The notes beneath the pieces were generated by a model. It did not search any database. It was not told where the DNA came from and was given only the letters and a program-made list of their open reading frames with translations. A stretch of 64,000 nucleotides of DNA from Octopus sinensis. Its lineage: Eukaryota. Made by a program: the position numbers and the translations under genes. This document shows, in pieces, positions 1 through 12,241 of the stretch. Numbering within the stretch: the first letter of the stretch is position 1; every line of letters starts with the position of its first letter. The stretch spans positions 22,319,360 through 22,383,359 of the forward strand of contig NC_043019.1 in assembly GCF_006345805.1 (NCBI RefSeq). The letters are read 5' to 3'.

Positions 1-560
1 GGCATTTCATTTCACATAACTTTGGTTTTCTCATCCGAAAATGCATCGCCAACAATAACTATTGCTGGGGTTAACCCAACTGCAATGGGGTGGTATGTCA
101 TTCAAGGGATGTACTTACTGTTGCTTACTCCCCATGAAAACTGGGATGAGTTCCAGCATAATTGGCCTGTAGACTTGAAGCAGATTTTAACTTTTAATTA
201 ATACAGAAAAATATATGGTCCAATATGTCGTATTGTATTTTTAAGAAAATATAATGTGATTTGAGGATAATTTGACAGCTATTTCTAGCACAAAGATTTC
301 CTTATATTGAAACTTGAACTATACTTGGTTGTTGGTGTTTAGCCCTAAGTCAGCCCTGATCAGCGATCTATGTTGAAAACCTTTCTTGCTATGGCCATGT
401 TATACGAAGAACTACATTGTCCAGCATATATTTTATTTAAGATAGGATGTGATTTGAGGGAGATCTAGCTGTTGTTTCTGACATGTGAAGTAACCCAGTG
501 GAAGTTCCTTTGTTGAACATGAAGATTAATCAACAAATAGCTGGGATCCTAATTTCTATA

Positions 561-977
561 CACAGGAGTGGCTGTGTGGTAAGTAGCTTGCTAACCAACC
601 ACATGGCTCCGGGTTCAGTCCCACTGCGTGGCACCTTGGGCAAGTGTCTTCTACTATAGCTTTGGGCCAACCAAAGCCTTGTGAGTGGATTGGTAGATGG
701 AAACTGAAAGAAACCTGTCGTATATATGTATATATATATGTATGTGTGTATATGTTTGTGTGTCTGTGTTTGTCCCCCCAACATCGCTTGACAACCGATG
801 CTGGTGTGTTTACGTCCCCGTAACTTAGCGGTTCGGCAAAAGAGACCAATAGAATAAGTACTAGGCTTACAAAGAATAAGTCTTGAGGTCGATTTGCTCG
901 ACTAAAGGTGGTGCTCCAGCATGGCTGCAGTCAAATGATTGAAACAAGTAAAAGAGTAAAAGAGTAAAAGAGAGTAA
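561..977 (+). mobile_element. tRNA-derived SINE family A (internal (TA)/(TG) microsatellite, (AAAAGAGT)n tail)
   Basis: A-box-like tggctgtgtggtaag and B-box-like ggttcagtccc; at least 11 near-full copies in the window. Confidence 0.9.
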
Positions 978-1095
978 CGAAAGGGTTAACGTGTCATCAC
1001 AATGGTGGAAGATTTTAATTCAATACTTATGAAAGTAAGACATTTGTACTACAGAGCCAGGGGCGGTTTTGGCTGGGTTGGTATCAAAAGGGTTA

Positions 1096-1530
1096 ATAAT
1101 AATAATAATAATAATAAATGTGTACAGTGCTCAGGTGCACTACAACTCATCTAAAGTGTATATATAACCAGGTGTAGTTTCGTCAGATTTCGGAAAGCAT
1201 GAGGGCCTTAAAGGATGCAGTGTCATGGCAGTCAACAACTGATGCAGGCAGTTTATTCCATGCTTCAGCAACTCTGAGCGTGAAAAAATGTTTCCGAAAG
1301 TCATGGGAGCTGTGTTGTTTTCTGACTTTGTAGGCATGTCCACGTGTGTTAGACACATGGAGATCAAAAAGGTGTTCAGTGTTGTTGTTGGTGAGGTGGT
1401 TGATAACTTTGTGGGTGTTTACCAAGTCCGTCGCCAGACGCCGGAGCTTCAGTGAATCCATGCCCAGGGAAACAAGGCGCTCAGAATATGGTAGGTGTCT
1501 GACGGAGGGTATGCGTTGTGTCATTCTGTC
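1096..1530 (-). mobile_element. CR1-clade LINE 3' fragment with (TTA)n tail
   Basis: ORF 1183-1524: YSERL..LG..SL..RR...DL, TRGH..K, HFFTLRVAEAWNKLP. Confidence 0.85.
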
Positions 1531-1605
1531 CTAGTTTCAGGTAGGTTTTTCAGTATCAACACACCTTGACATCTAAATCTATGAATATTATCTTTTCTGT
1601 TTCAG

Positions 1606-1736
1606 ATGATGTATGCACTGTAGCACAGGGAATTCCTAGGTTTACCAATCTGCTGCCAGACAATCGAAGCAATGTGGAGAATGCTTTTATTTATTCAACC
1701 AAAGACATACTTAGGATGTTACAAGACACTGTATGT
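1606..1736 (+). CDS. Host gene exon (phase 1/0), EPDR/LolA-like module 1: DDVCTVAQGIPRFTNLLPDNRSNVENAFIYSTKDILRMLQDTVC
   Basis: tcttttctgtttcag acceptor and GTAAGT donor at 1737 (alternative in-phase GTATGT donor at 1731). Phase matches the next exon. Confidence 0.75.
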
Positions 1737-2184
1737 GTAAGTAAAAACTAATAAACAGCAGCAGCAGTCACATCTCATGATGAACTTAACAGGAAAGTAC
1801 TCGGGTCTTCGAGGGAGGATGACCTCCCTTTGCAAGTAACACAAGGACACTGAGATAGTGTCTAAAGTCCTTTTGGTGACGTTGATCGCCTGGGGCTAAA
1901 AGCATCAGTAACACCCCACCCACCCCCAGTGGCTAGCTACATTCAGATGGCTGATACATCTTATGCTTTATGTGATTGCTTCCTCTAAAAGAAATAACAG
2001 CTAAATGTCCCTCAATTTATAACTTGTCATCTTAACATAGGAAAGGCGTGTCTGTAGGTTTGATAGGTTGCTGGTTTAACTCTTTTGGCTGCAACTGGTC
2101 CTGGTGCTAAGACAAAAACTTCCTGTTTTAAAGCGTTCTAAATTAAAACCTTCGATCAAAGTTTCATATTCATTTATGTTCCAA

Positions 2185-3690
2185 AAACTACAGTATGTGT
2201 GTGTGTGTGTGTGTATGTGTGTGTGAATGTGTGAATGTGTGTGTACATAAATGCATGTGTGTATGTGAGTGTGTGTGTGAATGTAGATGTGTATCTGTGT
2301 GAATGTGTCATCATCATCATCATCATCATCGTTTAACGTCCGTTTTCCGCTCTAGCACGGGTTGGACGGTTCGACCGGGGTCTGGGAAGCCAGGGGCTGC
2401 TCCAGGCTCCAGTCTGATCTGGCAGAGTTTCTACGGCTGGATGCCCTTCCTAACGCCAACCACTCCGTGAGTGTAGTGGGTGCTTTTTACGTGCCACCTG
2501 CACAGGTGCCAGGGGAGTCTGGCATCGGCCATGATCGGTTGGAGTTTTTAACGTGCCAGCGGCACGGAAGCCAGCCAAGGCGGAGCTACACAAATGCATG
2601 TGTGTGTGTGTGAATGTAGATGTGTGTCTGTGTGAATGTGTGTGTACATAAATGCATGTGTGTGTGAGTGTGTGTGTGAATGTAGATGTGTGTCTGTGTA
2701 AATGTGTGTGTACATAAATGCATGTGTGTGTGAGTGTGTGTGTGTGTGAATGTAGATGTGTGTCTGTGTGAATGTGTGTGTACACAAATGCATGTGTGTG
2801 TGTGTGTGTGAATGTAGATGTGTGTCTGTGTGAATGTGTGTGTACATAAATGCATGTGTGTGTGTGTGTGAATGTAGATGTGTGTCTGTGTGAATGTGTG
2901 TGTACACAAATGCATGTGTGTGTGTGTGTGTGAATGTAGATGTGTGTCTGTGTGAATGTGTGTGTACATAAATGCATGTGTGTGTGAGTGTGTGTGTGTG
3001 TGAATGTAGATGTGCGTTTGTGTAAATGTGTGTGAACATAAATGCATATGTGTGTGAGTGTGTGTGTGTGTGAATGTAGATGTGTGTCTGTGTAAATGTG
3101 TGTGTACATAAATGCATGTGTGTGTGAGTGTGTGTGTGTGAGAATGTAGATGTGTGTCTGTGTGAATGTGTGTGTACACAAATGCATGTGTGTGTGTGTG
3201 AATGTAGATGTGTGTCTGTGTGAATGTGTGTGTACATAAATGCATGTGTGTGTGAATGTAGATGTGTGTCTGTGTAAATGTGTGTGTACATAAATGCATG
3301 TGTGTGTGAGTGTGTGTGTGTGTGAATGTAGATGTGTGTCTGTGTGAATGTGTGTGTACACAAATGCATGTGTGTGTGTGAATGTAGATGTGTGTCTGTG
3401 TGAATATGTGTGTACATAAATACATGTGTGTATGAGTGTGTGTGTGTGAGAATGTAGATGTGTGTCTGTGTGAATGTGTGTGTACACAAATGCATGTGTG
3501 TGTGTGTGAATGTAGATGTGTGTCTGTGTGAATGTGTGTGTACATAAATGCATGTGTGTGTGAGTGCGTGTGTGTGTGAATGTAGATGTGTGTGTGTGTA
3601 AATGTGTGTGTACATAAATGCATGTGTGTGTGAGTGTGTGTGTGAATGTAGATGTGTGTCTGTGTAAATGTATGTGTACATAAATGCATA
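2185..3690. repeat. Compound (TG)-derived minisatellite, about 55-65-bp unit, interrupted by an RTE fragment
   Basis: Repeated tgaatgtagatgtgtgtctgtgtgaatgtgtgtgtacataaatgcatg units. Confidence 0.9.
2308..2587 (-). mobile_element. RTE LINE 3'-UTR fragment
   Basis: Same sequence as 55800-56010, with (CAT)n on the + strand. Confidence 0.85.
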
Positions 3691-4402
3691 AAAGCATAAA
3701 TGACTTTCTCACTTCTGGTGTGTTAAATTAATACATGTTTGTTGTTTACACACCCGTCTTCGTCTTTTGTATTTTTGTAAATTCTCACTATGTATGTCTG
3801 TATGTATGTATGTATGTATGTTTTGTATGTATGTATGTATGTATGTATGTTTTGTATGTATGTATGTAAAGGGAAAATTTACGAAAATAAACAAAAGACG
3901 AAGGCAGGTGGTGTACAAACAAACAGATGTATTAGTATGGCGCTCAGGAATAGAAATAGAACAAGTCTTTTACGTTTCGAGCCTACGCTCTTCGACAGAA
4001 AGATACACAGAAAAAAAAAGCAAGGAGAGAAACAAGGATGTATGTATGTATGTATGTATGTATGTATGTATGTATGTATGTATGTATGTATGTATGCATG
4101 CATGTATGTATGTATGTATGTATGTATGTATGCATGCATGCATGTATGTAGTATGTATGTATGTATGTATGTATGTATGCATGCATGTATGTATGTATGT
4201 ATGTATGCATGTATGTATGTATGTATGTATGTATGTTTGTATGTATGTATAGATAGATAGACAGATAGATAGATAGACAGCCAGACAGACAGACAAGTAG
4301 TTAGATAGAGCGATAGACAGTTAAAAAGAAAGAAAGATAGATAGGTTGGGAGATAGATACCCTTTTAAATTCATCATCTTAATCGCTCTCATTACTTTCC
4401 AG

Positions 4403-4511
4403 GTTTCTCTACCAAATGGCACAGTAAGAGGTATTGAAGCTGAGCATTTTCACGGTAAACTTGAAGACAACGTCCAGTTCCAAGATGTTGTAGTAGATAT
4501 TTACATCTCAA
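4403..4511 (+). CDS. Host gene exon (0/1): VSLPNGTVRGIEAEHFHGKLEDNVQFQDVVVDIYIS
   Basis: ttactttccag acceptor, GTAAGT donor. TVRGI motif is homologous to SLRNVVCD and TVRGVLCD in later modules. Confidence 0.85.
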
Positions 4512-4887
4512 GTAAGTCAGTTAAATAGTTCTTTTCTTTTTCTTGCCCCCTCTGGCTTTTCTATTCACTGTGATCGATTTCCTTTTCCCTTTTCTGTTCT
4601 ATCATCTCTTTTCAAGGGACCTCTGAGCTTGGAAGGTTTTTCCCTGGAACCATGTTTTGTAAATCACTATGTCTGGACATATATATAAGTTCAATAAAAG
4701 GTTAAATACCTCATTAAGGGATAATAATATCCAATGAATTTACTGGTCCATTACCTATTATTTATTTTGAATATTAGATTTAATATTGAAATATAAGATA
4801 ATTAAATAAACTAAGGTTTGTATTTATTTAAGAAAAGTAAGAAAATAGAGATAAATCAATTAATAATTATATTTACATTACTCTCTA

Positions 4888-4935
<48 letters not shown>

Positions 4936-5301
4936 CTAAACTGGCAAAATAACCATTCCTAAATACAACAATATATATATATAAAATCTCCTTACCCTTC
5001 TGGAGATTTTAGGTGAAATTATACTAATGTGTCCATCTGTTTTAATTTGATTAAATTCTATGTCTTTATGCAGCTGAGGATTGCTCTGCATTTAAATTGA
5101 TGTAATGATTGCTTTGCTCAATTAAATGGAGCTGTTTGAAACAATCGCACTGCATTACCTCTGGATATCCTTGCTGCTTATTTTAATTCTAATCACCTTA
5201 TTTTGAAACTGTATGGATAATATCATACCAAATTCTGGTGCCTCAGTTTAAGTACCATATTTACCTGAATCTATATTTATATATATATATATATATATAT
5301 A

Positions 5302-5423
5302 CTTTATTTAAAGCAGCAGAAAATTCAACAAGACCTGTTACTCTGAGTAAAACTGTCCAACGAACGGGAATGTGAAACTCAGAGTAACAGGTTTTGTTGA
5401 ATTTTCTGCTGCTTTAAATAAAG
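5302..5423. repeat. 47-bp inverted repeat (1 mismatch) containing a degenerate hammerhead (Penelope-like pLTR relic)
   Basis: Arms 5302-5348 and 5377-5423. CTGT CCAACGA AC-gggaat-GT GAAAC-tcaga-GTA ACAG at 5353-5390. Confidence 0.7.
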
Positions 5424-5492
5424 CATATTACTCTACCACTGGTATATGAGTACTCTTTTTTCCACCTTGTTTCACATTTATGTGTTTACTCT

Positions 5493-5542
<50 letters not shown>

Positions 5543-5725
5543 ATATACATGGTGGGTTTCTTTCAGTTTCCTTCTACCAAATCCACTCACAAACTCAAGG
5601 CATTGGTCAACTCAAGACTATAGTAGAAGACACTTGCCCGAAGTGCCACACAGTGGGATTGAATATGGAACCATGGGGTTGAGAAGCAAACTTCTTACTA
5701 TGCAGCCATGCTTGACCTACTTGTA

Positions 5726-6137
5726 TACTCTCTTTTACTCTTTTACTCTTTTACTTGTTTCAGTCATTTAACTGTGGCCATGCTGGAGCACCACCTTTAG
5801 TCGAGCAAATCGACCCCGGGACTTATTCTTTGTAAGCCCAGTACTTATTCTATCGGTCTCTTTTGCCGAATCGCTAAGTGACGGGGACGTAAGCAACACC
5901 AGCATCGGTTGTCAAGCAATGCTAGGGGGACAAACACAGACACACAAACACAAACATAATTATATACATATATGCGACAGGCTTCTTTCAGTTTCCGTCT
6001 ACCAAATCCACTCACAAGGCATTGGTCGGCCCGGGGCTATAGCAGAAGACACTTGCCCAAGATGCCACGCAGTGGGACTGAACCTGGAACCATGTGGTTG
6101 GTTAGCAAGCTACTTACCACACAGCCACTCCTGCGCC
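5726..6137 (-). mobile_element. SINE family A (ends 27 bp upstream of exon 6165)
   Basis: Sequence match to the family. Confidence 0.9.
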
Positions 6138-6164
6138 TATATATATGTATAATTTTATTTTCAG

Positions 6165-6331
6165 GAGACAACTGGACGACGGCGAATGATTACACAAAGC
6201 CTGAGCCTCTCCGAATAGAATTCTGTGGGAAGGTGAAATCTTCTGGTAAAACGTTTTGCAATTATTTTGATTATTTTTATTTCAACTACGACCCCAACTT
6301 CACATTCAAAGAACGAGAGAGCGTTTTTGAG
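6165..6331 (+). CDS. Host gene exon (1/0): RDNWTTANDYTKPEPLRIEFCGKVKSSGKTFCNYFDYFYFNYDPNFTFKERESVFE
   Basis: ttttattttcag acceptor, GTAATA donor. W...P-x-R-x-E and F-x-x-F strand pattern of EPDR-like domains. Confidence 0.85.
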
Positions 6332-6544
6332 GTAATACCAACATTTTATCAAATTATTTAATAGTTCAAGGTTGTTGTTATTTAGCCCAGGGTCATTGAT
6401 GATCAAAACTGTTGCAGCTTTGACCATCCTCTTCTCTTAGAGATGTGACAGGTGACATTATCGAATGGAAGGCTGATGTGGTGCGATTGCAATGATTTGA
6501 GGGAGATTCCAGTGGCTATTTCTAGAGGAAGAGGCGTTGTTTTT

Positions 6545-7294
6545 GTTGTTGTTAGTGGTTGTGTGGCAGTGACGATGGTGGTAGCAGTGGCAGCAATGGC
6601 AGTGGTGTTAGTGGTGGTGGTGGCAGCAGTGGAGGTGGTGGTGGCAGTGGTGGTGGTGACAGTAGTGGCGGTAGTGATGGCAGTGGTGGCAGTGGTGGTG
6701 GTGGCAATGGCGGTGGTGGCAGTGGTGTTAGTGGTGGTGGTGGCAGTGGCGGTGGTGGCAGTGGTGTTAATGGTGGTGGTGGCAGCAGTGGTGGTGGGGG
6801 CAACAGTGGTGGTGGTGGTGGCAGTGGTGGTGGTAGCAATGGTAGCAGTGGGTGGCAGTGGTGGTAGCGGCAGTGGCAGTGGTGGCAGCAGTGGCAGTGG
6901 TGTTAGTGGTAGCAACATGGTGGCAGTGGTGGTGGTAGCGATGGTAGCAGTGAGTGGCAGTGGTGGTAGTGGCAGTGGCGGTGGTGGCAGAAGTGGTGGT
7001 GGCGGCAGTGGTGGTGGTAGTTGTGTTGGTGGTGATAGCGATGGCAGTGGTGGCAGCAGCAGTGGTAGTAGTATGTAGTAGTAGTGGTTGTGGCAAAGGT
7101 GGTAATGTTAGTGGTGATGGTGGGGGCGATTATGGTAGTGGTGATAGTTGTGACAGTGGAGATTGAGGTGGTGATAGTAATGGTGATGGTAGGGACTGTA
7201 ATGTTGGTTGTGGTGGTTGTGGAAGTGGTGGTGGCGTGAGTGGATCTGGTAGATGGAAACTGAAAGAAGCCCGTTGTAAATGTGCATATATATA

Positions 7295-7334
<40 letters not shown>

Positions 7335-7600
7335 AGTGTGTGTGTGTGTGTGTGAGTGTGTGTGTGTATGTGTGTGTGTTGTGTGTGTGTGAGTGTGTGT
7401 GTGTGTATGTGTGTGTGTGTGAGTGTGTGTGGTGTGTGTGTGTGTGTGTGTGAGTGTGTGTGTGTGTGTGTGAGTGTGTGTGTGTATGTGTGTGTGTGTG
7501 TGTGAGTGTGTGTGTGTGTATGTGTGTGTGTGTGTATGTGTGTGTGTGTGTGTGTGTGTGAGTGTGTGTGAGCGTGTGTGTCCTTGTCTTAACATCAAGG
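6545..7600. repeat. Cryptic (GGT/GGC/AGT)n trinucleotide tract followed by (TG)n
   Basis: Directly visible. Confidence 0.9.
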
Positions 7601-7855
7601 GATAATTATAAACAAGTATCTTTGTCATACAAGTGGAGCCTCTTTGTTTCCAATTTTTCTTGTAAACCTGCCTGGCCATGAAGAAATGTTACCTTGGCAA
7701 CAACCAAAGAAGACCTGCCTTAATTGAAATTATGCTATATTTATTATCCAAATCAACAGGTATGAAATGAATTCATGTTTTTAAGGTTCTTTTTTTTTCA
7801 TGCTTTTCCTCTCATCTGCTCTTCTTTTTTCTTTATGTCTTCTCTTACCAAAAAG

Positions 7856-7978
7856 ATCCCACCAGGAGTCTACTGCACTGGAAGGAAAACCGAGTCCGAT
7901 ATACCATATTTGCCTCTCGAATATTTTGTTACTATAGAGTTTGTTGACCCAGCTGAAAATTCAGTAAAGATCTCCAAG
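7856..7978 (+). CDS. Host gene exon (0/0): IPPGVYCTGRKTESDIPYLPLEYFVTIEFVDPAENSVKISK
   Basis: Pyrimidine tract plus AAG acceptor, GTAACT donor. Completes SVFE-IPPGVYC, resembling the EPDR C-terminal F-x-P-P-x-x-C motif. Confidence 0.85.
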
Positions 7979-8070
7979 GTAACTGAGTTACACATATACA
8001 TAAATACATACGCTCATACATAAATACATGCATACATACACACATGCCTGCATACATATTCAAATATATA

Positions 8071-8213
8071 TCATCATCATCATCATCATCGTTTAACGTC
8101 CGCTTTCCATGCTAGCATGGGTTGGACGGTTCAACTGGGGTCTGGGAAGCCAGAAGGCTGCACCAGGCCCAGTTTGATCTGGCAATGTTTCTATGTCTGG
8201 ATGCCCTTCCTAA
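8071..8213 (-). mobile_element. RTE LINE 3'-UTR fragment
   Basis: Same family tail. Confidence 0.85.
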
Positions 8214-8232
8214 CTATATATATATATATATA

Positions 8233-8462
8233 ATTTTTTACTACCCACAAGGGGCTAAACATAGAGGGGACAAACAAGGACAGACAAAGGGATCAAGTCG
8301 ATTACATCGACCCCAGTGCGTAACTGGTACTTAATTTATCGACCCCCAAAAGGATGAAAGGCAAAGCCGACCTCAGCGGAATTTGAACTCACAACGCAAC
8401 GACAGACGAAACACGGCTACGCATTTTGCCCGGCGCGCTAATGTTTTTGCCAGCTTGCCACC
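8233..8462 (-). mobile_element. tRNA-derived SINE family B
   Basis: Reverse complement of ggcgagctggcagaa...gagttcaaattcc...gcctttcatcctttcggggtcgataaattaagtacc. Confidence 0.9.
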
Positions 8463-8476
8463 TATATATATATATA

Positions 8477-8701
8477 GGTGGCGAGCTGGCAGAAACGTTA
8501 GTGCACCAGGCGAAATGCTTAGTGGTATTTTGTCTGTCGTTACGTTCTGAGTTCAAATTCTGACGAGGTCGACTTTGCCTTTCATCTTCTCGAGGATGAT
8601 AAATAAAGTACCAGTTTTGCACTGGGTCGATGTAATCGACTTAATCCTTTTGTCTGTCCTTGTTTGTCCCCTCTATGTTTAGCCCCTTGTGGGTAGTAAA
8701 G

Positions 8702-8706
<5 letters not shown>
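8477..8706 (+). mobile_element. SINE family B (head-to-head with 8233-8462)
   Basis: Sequence match to the family. Confidence 0.9.
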
Positions 8707-8775
<69 letters not shown>

Positions 8776-8776
8776 A

Positions 8777-9111
8777 ATAAAGTTAGATAAGGCCAGTTTA
8801 AGGGATTACCCTGGGTTTTATGTTCCATGAAGCGCTTAGCTTTGCAGCATATCATTAGGTTCCAAAACCTGTTGGCTTAATGCCTCTCTAGAATATGGAG
8901 GAGGAAAGGACCTTGTTATTCAATGCTAACAACAGAGGATTGTCTCCCTTTCAGTAGTGAGGTCCTTTCCTCCTCCATATTCTAGAGAGGCCACTTGCTA
9001 GAGAGGCCTTAAGCCAACAGGTTTTGGTATCTGATGATATACTCTAAAGCTAAGCGCTTTATGGACGTGAAACCCAGAGTAATCCCATAAACCAGTCTCA
9101 TCTAACTTTAT
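8777..9111. repeat. Imperfect fold-back element, arms about 140-150 bp
   Basis: 8777-8913 is the diverged reverse complement of 8960-9111. Confidence 0.85.
9020..9093 (+). ncRNA. Hammerhead motif in the right arm of a fold-back element
   Basis: GGTTTTGGTAT CTGATGA ...TAAAGC/GCTTTA hairpin... GAAAC-ccaga-GTA ATCCCATAAACC. Helices are partly mismatched. Confidence 0.55.
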
Positions 9112-9241
9112 ATATATTATATAGTGCTTTATAACTTAGAGTGTGCTTCTTTTTCAGATTTAGGTTTTACCTACGATTGAGATATATATATATATTTTAA
9201 ATCCTTTTTCTTATTCATTTTCTTATGTGTGTGTGTGTGTG

Positions 9242-9282
<41 letters not shown>

Positions 9283-9766
9283 GTAGGCAAGGTAGGTAGT
9301 ACCTACCTTGGATGAAGTAGATCGATAGCAACATTTTCCTTTCATGGCAAAATATGTGCCTATTTCAATAAAATCATGAAGGTTACTCTGATTACAATGT
9401 ATAAAATGCAAAATATTAAATTTTTTTTTATAGATTAGGTAAGCATAATTTGTCTCTGCTTTTCAATCACAATATTTAAGCTCCACATAAAACTGCTGTA
9501 GTACACATGCTGTGTACATTCCTACAACAACGTTTTCTTTACGTGCTATAAAGGCAGAAGTAAATCTGCCTACAATTCAGTTGCATGCCTGTGTTTCGCT
9601 TATTTTTGGTGTTTTACTACATAAAGTTCACCAACTGCCTACCCTGAGTAATTGCTAATGGCACATGCCTGATATATATATATATATATCACCATGATCA
9701 CCGTGACCGACCAGGCTATCAGATGTAGTTACACATCGCTGGTCACAATGCGTTCGCATTTTTTAG

Positions 9767-9819
<53 letters not shown>

Positions 9820-10370
9820 TGTGGGCTTCTTTCAGTTTCCATTCACCAAATCCACTCACATGGTTTTGGTTATCCCACCCAAATCTAGAGTAGATCACAC
9901 TTGCCAAAGGTACCATGCTGTGGGACTGAACCCAGAACCATGTAGTTGAGAAGCAAATTTCTTACCACACAGCCATGCCAACACCCGTATTTACTAAAAC
10001 TCAACTAAATAGTGCACAGCTATAAAACATATTGATTGAACCTTATCAACATAACTAAGTTTAACTCCGTTTCTTTTCAATATCCTTTAACCCTAAGAAA
10101 AACCATGTTAGAATGCCTAGATACAGTTTGACCTAATTCAACATAGATTAAACCCCCCATTGTTCACTCTGCACCAATGTTATGTAGGGGTCACTCTAGG
10201 TATAAATTTTATAGCCATATTAGATTTCAACATGTCCCTCATCAGTTCACTTGGTACCTTAAACTTGTCACATGCAAATGAACAAACTCAATTTGTTTTG
10301 AACCATGCTAGCTGGAGGATTCTGAATGAAGGCGCACAGAAAAAATTTGGATGATCTATCTTTCTTTCTT

Positions 10371-10769
10371 TCTTTTACTTGTTTCAGTCATTTTGACTGC
10401 GGCCATGCTGGAGCACCGCCTTTTAGTCGAGCAACTCGACCCCGGGACTCATTCTTTTTGTAAGCCCAGTACTTATTCTATCGGTCTCTTTTTGCCGAAC
10501 CGCTAAGTGACGGGGACGTAAACACACCAGCATCGGTTGTCAAGCAATGCTAGGGGAACAAACACAGACACACAAACACACACACATACATATATATACA
10601 TATATACGACAGGCTTCTTTCAGTTTCCGTTTACCAAATCCACTCACAAGGCATTGGTCGGCCCGGGGCTATAGCAGAAGACACTTGCCCAAGATGCCAC
10701 GCAGTGGGACTGAACCCGGAACCATGTGGTTGGTTAGCAAGCTACTTACCACACAGCCACCCCTGCGCC
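10371..10769 (-). mobile_element. SINE family A
   Basis: Sequence match to the family. Confidence 0.9.
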
Positions 10770-10871
10770 TATCTGTCTCCATATTCTTTATAATTGTTTG
10801 AATTATAAATATACAGTGTATCCTCGCTTATTCGCAGTTTGGCATTCACGGTTCTGAATAATTGTTCGCAG

Positions 10872-11443
10872 AAAATCAAAACCAAAATCAAAATCGATCA
10901 ACATCAATGGAAATTGTAGCTGTGATACCAGTGCCGGTGGCACATAAGAGAACCATCCGAACATGGCCATTGCCAGTGCCGCCCCGACTGGCCTCCGTGC
11001 TGGTGGCATGTAAAAAGCACCATCTGATTGTGGCCGTTTGCCAGCCACGCCTGGCCTCCGTGCCGGTGGCATGTAGAAAGCACCATCCGACCGTGGCTGT
11101 TTGCCAGCCTCGCCTGGCCTCCGTGCTGGTGGCATGTAAAAAGCACCATCCGATTGTGGCCGTTTGCCAGCTTTGCCTGGCCTCCGTGCCGGTGGCATGT
11201 AAAAAGCACCATCCGATAGTGGCCGTTTGCCAGCCTCGCCTGGCACCTGTGCCGGTGGCACGTAAAAAGCACCAACTACACTCATGGAGTGGTTGGCATT
11301 AGGAAGGGCATCCAGCCGTAGAAACATTGCCAGATCTGACTGGGCCTGGTGCAGCCTTCTGGCTTCCCAGACCCCAGTTGAACCATCCAACCCATGCTAG
11401 CATGGAAAGTGGATGCTAAACGATGATGATGATGATGATGATG
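10872..11443 (+). mobile_element. RTE LINE 3'-UTR fragment with about 60-bp internal tandem repeats
   Basis: Shares atcaacatcaatggaa..tgtagctgtgatacc with 55780-55820; repeated gcctggcctccgtg.cggtggcatgtaaaaagcaccatc units; (GAT)n tail. Confidence 0.88.
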
Positions 11444-11556
11444 AGAAACCACAGCATATTCGCAGAATTATAAATATTGTCAGCCATTTTTTATGACTTC
11501 TTTTGAGGAAATCTCTCTTTCTCTCTCTCTCTCCCTCTCTCTTATTATTATTATTA

Positions 11557-11587
<31 letters not shown>

Positions 11588-11806
11588 GTATAGATTACTG
11601 TGCCTAGTGGTAATACTAACTAAATTTTTCAAAACCTTGATTATTTTTAATCTCTGCACAATCACCCATTGGTGGTATGCACATATTAGAAGCAGAGATT
11701 TTTTGGTACATATTTTGGAGAAAAACTGCATCCAGTGGCTATCGCAAGTGTTTTGTTGAGTGTTGAGGTTTTTCACAGCATGTTATTAAAGCCCTAGGAT
11801 GCCACC

Positions 11807-12052
11807 CTAAGGTTCACTGCCAGAAGCCTTAGAAGGTGGGAACAAATTTGGCAATTTTTGGCAAAATACGTACCCTTTTACCAAGTTATAACAAAAAGTT
11901 AGTGAAATATTTAAAATGTTTACAGTTGAATAGATAGAAAAATATAACAAAATAATTTGATAAAAAATGTGAATTTTTAATTATTTTCTGAGATTTTACA
12001 AAAACAACAAAAATATTCTACACCTTCTAAGGCTTCTGGCAGTGAACCTTAG
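11807..12052. mobile_element. MITE with about 32-bp perfect TIRs
   Basis: ctaaggttcactgccagaagccttagaaggtg at 11807-11838 and its reverse complement at 12021-12052. Confidence 0.75.
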
Positions 12053-12241
12053 CACCAGAAAAAGGTTATGATGTTCTATGAGAAAGTACAACTGCTGGAT
12101 ATGCTCCAGAAAAGTAAAAGTTATGCTGCAGCAGGTTACTGTTATCATGTCAATGAAAGCACTATGTGCTACATGGGAAACAGACACAGAAGGTACCTAA
12201 TTCTTCATCTGTTATCAACCAGATGGTATTACTCAGTTTAG

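Noticed and set aside
530-849. Recurring ORFs MLGGQTQTHKH... and MDGSTGVWEARR...
   Set aside because: Chance ORFs in SINE family A and the RTE 3' UTR; they recur wherever the repeat recurs, with variable frameshifts.
2450-3712. Long His/Thr-rich ORFs of 367-420 aa
   Set aside because: Translations of a TG/CA minisatellite, open in several frames because the repeat lacks stops. The same applies to poly-H/P/T/E/F/Y/I ORFs at 6.4-7.7, 12.7-13.9, 15.2-15.9, 23.7-24.3, 26.1-26.8, 45.0-45.7, 51.5-51.9 and 54.1-54.6 kb.
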